A DNA stretch of 64,000 nt from Takakia lepidozioides (Eukaryota > Plantae > Bryophyta), in assembly GCA_030704615.1 (NCBI GenBank), contig CM060732.1, positions 44,020,001 through 44,084,000 on the forward strand, in the 5' to 3' direction. Made by a program: the position numbers and the translations under genes. Below, one piece after another: positions 1 through 10,110 of the stretch. Numbering within the stretch: the stretch's first letter is position 1; the number at the start of each line of letters is the position of its first letter. Below the pieces are notes generated by a model. It was not told the DNA's origin. It searched no databases and saw only the letters and a list, made by a program, of their open reading frames with translations.

Positions 1-122
1 AGGTCTTCCCGTGGCAGCCTCTATGGCGCACACTTTGTGAGGATATTTCCGTCCTCGTAATTGTAAAAGTGAAATAAACATTTGTAATTGCACAATGTTG
101 GATGCTGCAATTGTAGGCCTCA
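1..122 (-). repeat. Inverted copy of the MULE left-end sequence (403-526), running off the window start
   Basis: The reverse complement of 403-526 matches 1-122 with a few substitutions and indels; this copy ends in GGCCTCA at 116-122. Confidence 0.85.
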
Positions 123-125
123 TGG

Positions 126-396
126 CAACGACGCAATGGCGTGAGCGTTGCACGTGAGCGCGCGAGCGTACGCTCACGCAGAGTGACGTGGCGTGAGCGT
201 ACGCTCACGCCAGCTGACGGGCGTGAGCGCTGACGTGGCGTGAGCGTCATGTCAGCATGCTGATGTGGCGGTAAATGATGACGTGGCACTGTCCGTCAAC
301 TGCCACGTCAGCATTAACATGCGCCGCCTATAACCGTGGATGGTCCTATGACCGTGGAATTAATGCAGGGAATCTTTGCCTAAATAGAATCAAGAC
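126..396. repeat. ~270-bp inverted repeat, left copy (pairs with 7969-8219); TIR-like, rich in TGACGTGG and GCTCACG motifs
   Basis: The reverse complement matches 7969-8219; ORF 275..556(+) and ORF 7982..8197(-) translate to nearly the same peptide (MMTWHCPS.ATSALTCAAYNRGWSYDRGIN.GNL). Confidence 0.9.
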
Positions 397-762
397 GAGC
401 GTTGAGGCCTACAATTGCAGCATCCAACATTGTGCAATTACAAATGTTTTGTTTCACTTTTACAATTACGAAGACGACAAAATATCCTCACAAAGTGTGC
501 GCCATAAGGCTGCCACGAGAAGACTTCCTCCCTCCTCAAATAACAATGAGAGTTAGATCATCTTCAAAAGATGATTGTAGTGCATAGCGACAGCAAGACA
601 TGTAGACTTCGAACGGTGCAATGACAAATTGCACTACCTAAAAGTTGTCACTCAGACCTCACTCCGTATAGTTGGAGGCCATATCATTGCACAGCCGACG
701 AATTGATGTGAATTACACATTTCAAATCATGGTCATCCACATACCACATTACATAGTTCATG

Positions 763-3468
763 CTACCCATGTGTTGTATCCCGCTGCAAAAGAGTATCGA
801 CCTCGTTGAAACTCATAGTGGCCTGGTGAATGAAGTTGTCACGTTTGGGATCGCAAACCATCCTCCTCAAAATATGAAATACAAATGTTTGCAGGTATGA
901 ATTTACCTCTCTTGCCCAAACTGGTTGATAGCATATTCACAAAATCAGGACATGTGCAATTGGGGAAATTGGAAACCGTGATGTCGTAGGTCCTGTCATG
1001 AACAGCAGATGTGGAAGTGATGATTGTGAATACCCGACCATATCCTGGATCGGGTACTTCCGTGGTGCTTCCAACACGAGCTTGGAGCATTCTTGCGGAC
1101 TCCACTTTGCCAAAGTGTTCAGCGGTTGGAGGGAACGCCGAACGAGCTTTCCATCTCGTTTGGTTGGCCACAAGTCAGGATTTGCCGGGGGGACCCGGAG
1201 GACGCAGGAGTAGTAGCACATGCATGGAGTTGGGGTTGTCTCGCAAGGGAAAAACCTGCCTCCTCCAGCATTTCAATCTCCTGAAAGCTGAGATGTGTTC
1301 CCACCTTCACGGGCCAAACGGTTGGAGGAGATGGCTTCATCACTACGGAAGGACGCACAGTTCCATGCACACATCTGGCACAATCATCTGCGCAGAACCA
1401 GAACTTGTGGTTCTTGGCTTCTGGTTGACCGTATGGACGCATCAAGCCCGTGAAAGTCGGAGCAGGAGTTCGGGCACCACCTCTGGATATAGATGAAGTG
1501 CACTTCTCGAAATTAGTTGCCCTGATCGCTGTACATTTCACACGAGACCCTACACTTGTGCGTTCTATGTGCCAAACGTGGTCGGGGCATGCGGACTCAA
1601 GCACATCAAGGGGGTTGTTCTCTCCTGCACCATTTCAGTGGCACGTTTGATGCTGGAGCTTGCCGTCGTGTTGGAGGTTCCTCCACAATGGAGGTTCCGG
1701 ACATGGAGCTGTCATGCAGGGGAACACGAGGCTTCGAGAAGTTATCACGGTCTGCCCTGTGGGAATCTGAATCCGAACCAGGTGGAGTGTTCAATTTCCT
1801 CTTACAGGAGCCGAATCTCTCTCCCCTTCAAGATGTGGAACTCTAGAAACAAGTGGCGTTCCCTGGGCATACATGCTCACCGCCCGTGCTATCTTGATTG
1901 GATCCCCAGATCTGTTTGCAGCACGCAACATCAACTCCGATTTGTCCGGACCCTTGCCACCAACCCCACCTCGTAAGAAATCACGGTATCGGGTTTGTTG
2001 TTGCAAGGGCACGTATCAAATCATCTGTTGTTGCCACATACAAATCCCGACCTCTTTTTCCCAGACTGCTGCAACCATGCATTGTGCACAGTTTCTGCCA
2101 AATTGCAAGATGGCATGTCTGCCATTTCCTCAATGGACATGTTCTGCAAAGAGGATAACCACACTTCAGAATAGTGCACAGGAAACAACATAAAGAAAGC
2201 AACACAAATATGGAAAGCAAATGTATGAATAAAGCATGAAATAGAAGCCTCGTACCATTGTCATGGCTGCTCCCCACTGTCTATACCGGAAGTGCCAAAA
2301 CGCCAGCCAATCTTCCAATGCTCTCATACTCTCAAGTGATGCAGCTCCAGAAGAACCACCAGGCACGAATTGTCTGGAACAAAGTGTCCGCCTCCTTCAT
2401 TGTTCTAGCATCTTTGTACTCTTTGCACAATTTACGGTGCTGAGTCTGCATCTCTGGTTTGATGTCCGACTTTGTATGTTTTTCCAGAGATTGTGTCCAA
2501 TGGAATAGACATGTACGCTCTCTTCCTGGCATAGGCACTTTTGGGTCGCCCGATCCGAAGACAATACGAAGCATTGAAATTTGCTTGAGCACTATCCGCC
2601 ATGAAACCTGCGAAATTTGGAGATGGCAGCCCATGACACGTATCAGGGAATTCCACATGAGCTTCTGGGATTCGTATCCTCGGATTGCATGTCACAAACT
2701 GCAATTGTCATAACTCGTTGGTACACTGGATCGTAGACATGACAAGCCATTGTCGTCCAATCCTTCACTCGTTTCACATGATCAAACATAAGAAAACAGT
2801 TCTGCAAGTCCCCAGTCTTCTGCATCCGCTTCACGAGGCTAACCCCACTGCCCCCCCCAACAGTCGACATTTTGAAAAAAAAACTTTGATGGCACCTTGA
2901 CCTGGGAATACATTGTCCTGGATGTAATCGTACTTGCTCATCGTTTCAATTCCAAAATTTGTCTATGTAGCCTCTGATCCCAGAGCCCATTCTCAATGCA
3001 TTGATCTGATGCCGAATGTTAGGTGAACTTAAAGTGGAGAAATGATCCATGACCAGGTCCAATGCTGCACCGTCAAGTTTAGTCCCCACAGAATCTCCTT
3101 CTTCACTCAAATATGGCTTTCCAAGAAGGACTTGCTTGCGCCAAGAGCAATTGCAGATGTTGTTGCGGATGGGTTTCTCCCGAACTCCTGTTTGATCAAC
3201 CTCGATACTGTCTCAACACTCTCCCTGTAATCCCCTTCGAGACAGGATGGTTATGGAATCCAAAATGCACACAAGCTCTCGTCATTGTATTCAAACGTGG
3301 ACACATAATACAAGAGCGCCAAGCAGGATGGCACAAGTTTGCAGAATTTGCCGAAAGTGTTTGCAGTCCCAGGCTGAAATGGATTCTCTGCCAGACCCTC
3401 CCATTCGCTTTGATTATGAACTCCAGACTGAAGAAAGTGTCTGCAATTCAAATTAGGACATCAAAGGT
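763..3468 (-). pseudogene. MULE (Mutator) transposase with N-terminal WRKY/GCM1-type Zn finger, DDE core and C-terminal SWIM finger; frameshifted and 5'-truncated
   Basis: CPNLNC...TRACVHFGFHNHPV; DDE motifs MFDHVKRV, FMADSAQANFNA and PSCNLAETVHNAW; CxxH signature RTCLFHWTQSL; SWIM motif NCTCPDF...CKHLYF; predicted GT-AG intron 2144-2255. Confidence 0.88.
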
Positions 3469-6400
3469 GTGGAAGCTGCAATAAGAAGGAGTTTGAGATG
3501 CGAAGAACCAAATTGATGTCAGCCTTCGGAAAGCAGCTTAGAATAGTAGATCCTGGACTTGGTCCTGAGTTCCTTCAGCAGATCAAAACACACTATGACA
3601 GCATGTGCATCCGGAGATGCAGCAGAGAAATTGCACGGCTGGCCATATCGATGGTCGACCCACAACAAAATAAGGTGGCTGGAGATATGGAACTCAGATC
3701 AAACAGTAAAGGACTTGAATCAGTTCCCAAAGAGCACCATACAGCCTGGCACAAAGGTGGAAGGAATCAGTGATTTGGTGTTTGATAACTGGCTCCACAA
3801 GGCTACATTTTGGAGTCAGGTGTGTATTCGAACATGCTGTTTCTTATCTTCAAGTATGTGATGTGTTTCTTTTTTGCAATTCTGACAAATATTCTATTTG
3901 CAGCTCGAAAAGCGCGCCGTCATTGTGCTGGATCAGACTTTGAAGGACCTGAACATTGCGATTGTTTCCCCTCCCCAAATGTCATTGGAGGCATACATAA
4001 GGAAGTGGAGAGGTCTCACCTGGAGATACTGTTTTTTCCGGGATCCAAAGATGGTAACATTTTACGGTCCAACGACTTTGACAGTCAGGTTGGAGGAGAG
4101 TGGGCCATGATGCGAGTTGTGTACAGGTGAAATGTCATACTTGAAACTCTACTGTTTTTTTGGGAAAAATTGTGGCTTCATATGGATTGCAATCTTAGAT
4201 CCAGATTGAATGTCGTTGACGACATTCACTTCTTTGTCTGAGTCATTCTTAAGCGAGTATATGAATTCACCTGGTTAGGATCTAAGGGTGCAATTATATT
4301 GTTCCTGATTAGAATTGATAATGTCCTTGAATGGCGTTGACGACATTCACATACGGAGTTGTTGTGCGTCCTCAAGGTTATTTAAATTTTTGTAATGTCC
4401 ATAGAGGATACAATGAGGTTGATCACTTCATTTTGCTGAATGTCAATGCAGACATTCAGTTGTTCTGCATTGTTTTTCCTCTTGCGATGAATATGGAGGC
4501 TTCATAAGCTCTGTTTTAAGAAATCCAAAGTGAATGTCGTTAACGACATTCACAGCTGTGTCTGTATTATTCAAAAACGACAAATTCAATATTCATGGAT
4601 TGGGGAGCTAAGTAATTGGTTTCTTTTTTGTATTTTTGTGAATGGCGTTGACGCCATTCACATACAGTGATGTTGTGAGGTCCTCAGTGATAGGTTCGTT
4701 ATGAATGTGCATTGAGTTTTCCTGGATGGTTCCTTACTCAATTTTTTTATTTCCATCCTGTGATTTTGCTTCATTTCAGTAATAATTTGGCTTCATTCTT
4801 GAATGTCGTTGACGACATTCACTTCTATGTCTGTGTCATTTCTAATCGCTTATTTGCATTCACCTGGATTAGGATGTATTTACAGTGTCATGGAATGGAA
4901 TGTTCTGAATGGCGTTGACGACATTCATATCTGGAGCAGTAGTGTGGTCCTGAAAGGTCCTTGGAGCAGTTGTCAGAGCCATTTCAATCCATGTTTTATT
5001 CTTTCTGTTCTACTTGCATCTTACTCACTGAGCGCTTTTGTGGGTTGGGATTCATCTCCTTTTTTCAGGTACACGAAATATGTGCTTATGGAAGGAAATC
5101 ACCTGAGCGGAATTCCCGACTATCTTGACATGTGGTCGGACCCTGCAAACGATCCAACCATGTATACTGCAGGGATATTGAAGGACTGGAGTCCTTCTCA
5201 CTTCAGAGACTGTGGGTGGTACCTTGACTGCCCACCTGAGCACACGACCTTTCAAGAACAGCATATGAAATACTTGAACAATAACGCTGAGATGCTGGCG
5301 CCTTTGACTGACGAAGAGTATCAACGAAACATAGCAACCTTGGCTGCCAAGGAGCCTGATGCTCAGGGAACGCCGCAGAAGGGAAAGAAGGCGGGCCGCA
5401 AACCAAAACAAGGCTGTTGATGTCATAGCCATCTCACCAGCAAAGCCAAAGGACAACAAGTCCAAAGAGAAGGAAAAGGACAAGGGGAAGGAGAATGAAA
5501 AGGAGATGGAGAGTGGGCAGGACTTTACTGCTGGAAGATATACCCGCACTCTTCAGTGCGTGTTCGATGCCAAGCCACACCCTTCCCGTTCTGATTCAGC
5601 AGGAGAGATGAAAATTGTTAATGAGGGTTGGCTTTCGATGATGCAGAGTCGAAAGAGAGGATACACTGGGGTGCCATCCCCTACCTGGGACAATATAATC
5701 TCATTCCTCAATCTGGTGAGAATTCCATTTTCTTTCCTTTTTCTCTGAATGTTTCGTTGGCAGTATTTCAGTCTCGTTCTTTGAAAACATTCTTGCCATC
5801 GTTCTTATAAAAAACATGTCTGTTGCAGGTGAGCACAGGTCCCTTCGTGTGCGGTGTGCAGAAAACTTATGCGGCCGACATTGTCATTCTCGACATCCCG
5901 GATGGCCAGGCTGTGCCAGAAGTTCTTCCAAAGGGCAAGACGCCAGGGTGGAACAAATTCGAGGACAACTACTGGAGTTGGGTATTCGGGTTCTGTAACA
6001 ATTTCCTCTCTCTGATGCAGGGACACTTCTGCTTTTTCAGTCATGTGACAATGATAGTCGTCGGGCATTGGCATCATACCTCAAGTCTTCAGGGTTTGAA
6101 GTTTTGCGCACATGGAATTGTGTGAACAGCCTCTACCTTGTGAAAGGGGTTTCCCTGGTCAGCTGGTATGCCGTCTGCCTTCTGCTTATGCTTTGATCAT
6201 GAGTTTCAATTTTCTCTGCAGCTCCACTCTAGTAGAATGTTTTATGATCGACACCGATCATCAACGATTCATGGTTTTTTGGTGTCAGAGTTCTGAATAG
6301 CCGATGTACACACTTCCACTTTAGATTGTGTTTACCACACTAACCTGCTATTTTTGGCAGACGAGGATGTTCGAGGCGATCTGCCTGCGGAGGATTCGCA

Positions 6401-7191
6401 CATCAAAGACACCATCCTCCATCCGCAGCTTTGAGATTTCTGACCAGGGTTGTTTCGTCAACCCCCCCTATGAGCCCCATGTCGATGACATTTTGTACAA
6501 CTTCATGCAGTCCAGTCAGACTCTGAAGAGACCAGATGGCACTCCCTGGAGAGGTGCAAAGGAAAAGTCACCAGCATTCATGCAAATACTGCTGGAGTCA
6601 TGCAGCCACCGCTCTGCACGGGTCGTCTTTCTGTGTCCACAGTTCGTTTGTTTGAATTGGTTTCCTTTCAACAGTTTCATCTGCTTAAATCCCCTCCTCC
6701 AAACTGTTTATGTTCTCCTGTCTGGTGCAGGAGCAACTTACCACGCATGCAAGGCAGGCGGAAGAAGCCTTTTTGGTATGGAGGGTGATTCTGACCTCTA
6801 CAACACAGTGCTCCTCCCCCTTTTGTCTGGCTCCACTTCAGGCACACAGACTGATCGGATTCATATTCGAAATGATGACGATCCCGAAGATAAGCAGGTC
6901 GACAACGACTTTTCATGTGAGTAAGTGCTAAACCCTCTTTGGGAGTCATACTCAATTTCTCGATAACATCAAAGTTACAGTAATAACTTTTTCAGGCTGT
7001 CTTTCAGGAAAGCCAGCGGTGGATCTTCAGGAGATACAGTCATTTCTGGCGAGTCTGTTTTCGACAGCCCCCTTTCCAATTTTCTGCTCCCTGTTTATGC
7101 CGAAGCAATGGCACTTCACGCGTCCGAGTCCCTATCCCCTGACTTTTTAGTGGCCAGCCGTAGGTGTATCCGCGTGGATCCGGTGTTCTAA
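3468..7191 (+). pseudogene. Multi-exon gene: unknown N-terminal region plus beta-class N6-adenine/N4-cytosine DNA methyltransferase-like domain (copy 1)
   Basis: Predicted GT-AG introns 3820-3903, 4127-5068, 5716-5828, 6166-6360. Motifs in beta order: ADIVILDIPDG (IV-like), FLSDAGTLLLF (VI-like), SSGFEVLRTW, then KEKSPAFMQILLESCS...GATYHACKAGGRSLFGMEGD (X/I/II-like). Several frameshifts; the DLTxGTG segment is deleted near 6627. The final exon (~7008-7191) is tentative. Confidence 0.72.
4207..4927. repeat. Intronic array of seven palindromes, consensus TGAATG(T/G)CGTTGACG(A/C)CATTCA
   Basis: Copies start at 4207, 4328, 4436, 4530, 4637, 4800 and 4906, embedded in a ~270-320-bp higher-order tandem triplication. 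Confidence 0.9.
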
Positions 7192-7379
7192 AATACTTAG
7201 ACTTAGATGCAGAGGAAGAGGGGATACATTGTACTGACTCTGAGTCAGACTGAACTGTATTCTTTTAATATTCATTTTCATATTATCTGGAAACGTTGAA
7301 TCCCCTTACTCTACCGTAGTTGTTCCTTTAGAACAAATAATAATCACAGAATCAACTTTCGTTTAAATTGCTATATGTA

Positions 7380-7740
7380 TGAATCCATCTCACAAACTTC
7401 CTGACTCTTCTCATATCCATTGTGCATTCATCTACACTGTATTCATGCGTGCTCCATTCATGAAAGCTTCCTTTGTACAACATCCATTGTACATTCATCC
7501 TCTGTACTCTTTAATCCACCCCACAAACCTTCCACACTCATTTCATATACTTTGTGCATTCGTCAAAAGATTTGGTCATGCATCTTCCTGTCATGAATTT
7601 TTGTCATTGCTCAACATCCATTATACATTCATCCATTTTACTCTTATCCATCCGTCATTCATCCATCTACATAGATTTTTCAAACTCATCCATCTGTTTA
7701 TCATCCAACTGTACATTCATCCATCATTTATTCAATGCCT
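7380..7740 (+). repeat. Low-complexity (TT)CATCC-rich tract downstream of the cargo gene
   Basis: Dense TCATCCA / ACATTCATCC motifs; a similar tract occupies the equivalent position in element 2 (17325-17525). Confidence 0.65.
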
Positions 7741-7968
7741 TTTATTATGTCGTCCAGCTTGTTTCCGCGGTAAAGGGTGCCAATCCGCGGGAATACACTC
7801 CACTTCTTTCTGGGTGCGTGGTGACTCGGCCTCCACGTGTGATGACGTGGACTGAGACCCCGTGACGTGGCATTTGCGCAAGGTGACGTGGCGTGAGCGC
7901 AGTCGCGCTCACGCGCTCACGCGCTCACGTGACCAGGCTCACGCCGAGGCATCCCTGGCCTCATGGTA

Positions 7969-8219
7969 GTCTTGATTCTATTTAGGCAAGATTCCCTGTA
8001 TTAATTCCACGGTCATAGGACCATCCTCGGTTATAGGCGGCGCATGTTAATGCTGACGTGGCAGATGACGGACAATGCCACGTCATCATTTGCCACCACA
8101 TCAGCATGCTGACATGACGTTCACGCCACGTCAGCGTGGGTGCAGGCTCACGCCACGTCACTCTTGCGTGAGCGTACACTCGCGCGCTCACGCGCAACGC
8201 TCACGCCATTGCGTCGTTG
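7969..8219. repeat. ~250-bp inverted repeat, right copy (pairs with 126-396)
   Basis: Direct reverse-complement match, with one short internal indel. Confidence 0.9.
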
Positions 8220-8244
8220 GGTGGCGGCCATGCAGAAGTCGCAC

Positions 8245-9266
8245 TGTCGGGTACGGGAGGCCCCCCGTCACAGTCATTATGACAAGTATGCCCTAGCATG
8301 CAAATGCGGGTCTATATAAGGGCAAGATCTTCCTCTCATTTCATTCAGTCTCGGCGAAGCCTTGTCGAATTGTGGAGTGCAGGTGTTGGATTGACTGAAG
8401 GGTAGTGGAAGGGTGGTGGAGGACAGAGAGTGGTGTTTCATCTCTGCATGTTTGTTCTATCAATATTTTCCAGAAGAGTTACACACTGAACTCACGCAGT
8501 ATCTGCTTTTTTAGCCTGGCACAACGAAGAGGTGCTGTTCCATTAGACTTTCTTTTTGTTTTGTCACTCTTTTCTGAATCTCATTTATCTGTCTTCGTCT
8601 TCTCCACTTATACCATTGAATGTGACGGGAGATCTCCCATCATCTTGAGCAGATCCTTTCCAATTTGTCTGGAACTCTATTTTCTGTTTATCTTTTCCGC
8701 CCATAGGAGATCATTGAACGGGAGACCTCCCGTGATCCCTTAGTGTTATTTGCATCTGTGGTGTGCATAGATTCTATCTTGCACAATCCAAAATTGTTTT
8801 GTGGATTCTCACTTAAGGGTGCGGCGACTATAAGGGGAGATCTCCCGTCATCCTGCGGAGTGTTGGCGCATTTGATATATTCATCTTTTCTACTTTTTGT
8901 GCTTCCGATTTTTTACTCGAGGGCATAGCAGGGGAGATCTCCCGTGGTTGAAGATGGTTACCACCTATGGACAGTTGTCTATCGGAGAAGCCGTGAATTT
9001 AATCCAACTTGTCGGCTCTCCAGTTCCCAAAATTGTCGCTAAGGGTACATGTCTGAATACGTCTGGAGAGGGATTTTGTCATGGCAGACGTCTATCTAGT
9101 AGTTTAGTACTGAGCGTCATATTGAAAACCGTGATACATGGAATGGATTCTGTCGCGCGGCTTTTACTCACCCATCCCTTCGCTATCCGAGGTGGAAACT
9201 CCAAGATAGAAGAGTTGGATATCTCTAAGTACTCCTCCCCCTCAGAACAATCAGTCATGACCTACA
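8245..9266 (+). mobile_element. Putative LTR remnant
   Basis: Begins TGTCGG and ends CCTACA; TATATAA near 8313 followed by CT-rich sequence; no TSD found. Confidence 0.35.
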
Positions 9267-9271
9267 ACTAG

Positions 9272-10110
9272 TGTATCATGGGGGTACTTCCTATTTGTAT
9301 TCCTTCTCACATCCATGTTAATAAGTTATCTTACTGTCTATGATTAAGTATCAGATTGCTTCTGCAATCTACCATATTCCATTTACTCAAGCATTCATTC
9401 CACAGCTTCACTCATATCTCTTTACACGATGTGAGTATGAAATATGAATCATATTAATATCTATCATGTATCAGGCCGAAGCCATGGTGTCTCTAATCTA
9501 CTCTACAGTGCATCTCTACATCTTGCATGTATCAAGCATCATCTCCTCGTTTCTCCTCCTTTGTGTAATCTCCATCCCTGTGCTCCAAGATCGTCTCTCC
9601 GCCGTGATGCCCGAACCCATGTCTAAGAAGTGATCTAAGAAGTGACCCCCTCCATGTAGCTACTCTGCCTATTCTACCTGCAAGATGTTCTAACCGCCTA
9701 ACTAACTAACTGTCATCCAAGACAGAATGCACGTTCCCACACAATCGTTCCCTGCCAATGATAACCATTCCCTGTGAACACTGTGATGGGTTGTGACTGG
9801 ATGTGTCGGGCTGTGACTGATTGTGTCACGCTGTGTTAGGCTGTGTTAGGCCGTGATAGGTTGTGGCAGGCTGTATCTGGCTGTGTTAGGCTGTGATAGG
9901 CTGTGTAAGCCTGTGACTAACTGTGTGAGCCTGTCTGCCATCCCTAAGGTCTATGTCCGTCACCCCTAAGGCCTGTGTTGGTCTGACCACCCGTAGGTCT
10001 GCGCAAAATTAAGGGTACCCCACAAAACCAGTAAAATTGTCTAAGTCCCAGACAACCCTCTAACATTATCCCTCCCCTTCTCAAAAAGCCGTGTCCTCAC
10101 GGTTTACTGC
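9272..10110 (-). mobile_element. 3' LTR plus polypurine tract of a Ty3/Gypsy-like retrotransposon remnant
   Basis: The minus strand reads GAGGACACGGCTTTTTGAGAAGGGGAGGGATAA (PPT) directly followed by TGTTAG at 10065; candidate LTR end ...TGATACA at 9272. Confidence 0.55.
9781..9935 (+). repeat. 10-bp period minisatellite (consensus CTGTGTTAGG), about 15 copies, inside the LTR
   Basis: Exact 10-nt register is visible across 9781-9935. Confidence 0.9.

Larger units (their letters stand above)
403..7963. mobile_element. Mutator-like element (MULE) carrying a transposase and a DNA-methyltransferase-like cargo gene; internally deleted
   Basis: Ends TGAGGCC (403-409) and GGCCTCA (7957-7963); subterminal GCTCACGC repeats at 7900-7945; contains a MULE transposase. 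The ends could instead be 126-8219 if the 270-bp inverted repeats are the TIRs. No target-site duplication seen. Confidence 0.75.

Noticed and set aside
275-556. ORFs 275..556 and 7982..8197 as a duplicated small gene
   Set aside because: They are translations of the non-coding inverted repeat.
763-3468. KDZ/Zisupton transposase (also SWIM-containing)
   Set aside because: The D...D-CxxH...E spacing and the N-terminal WRKY/GCM1-type finger fit Mutator better.
4207-4927. CRISPR array
   Set aside because: Spacers are ~70-140 bp and homologous to each other in alternation (higher-order tandem repeat); there are no cas genes; the array lies in a eukaryotic intron.
6460-6471. NPPY as the MTase catalytic motif
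   Set aside because: It lies in the variable region after motifs IV-VIII and is not conserved in copy 2 (NDTH) or copy 3 (DPTI); probably coincidental, though worth checking in a family alignment.
3468-7191. Bacterial contamination as the source of the MTase
   Set aside because: The gene has multiple spliceosomal introns conserved between copies and is embedded in plant TE sequence.
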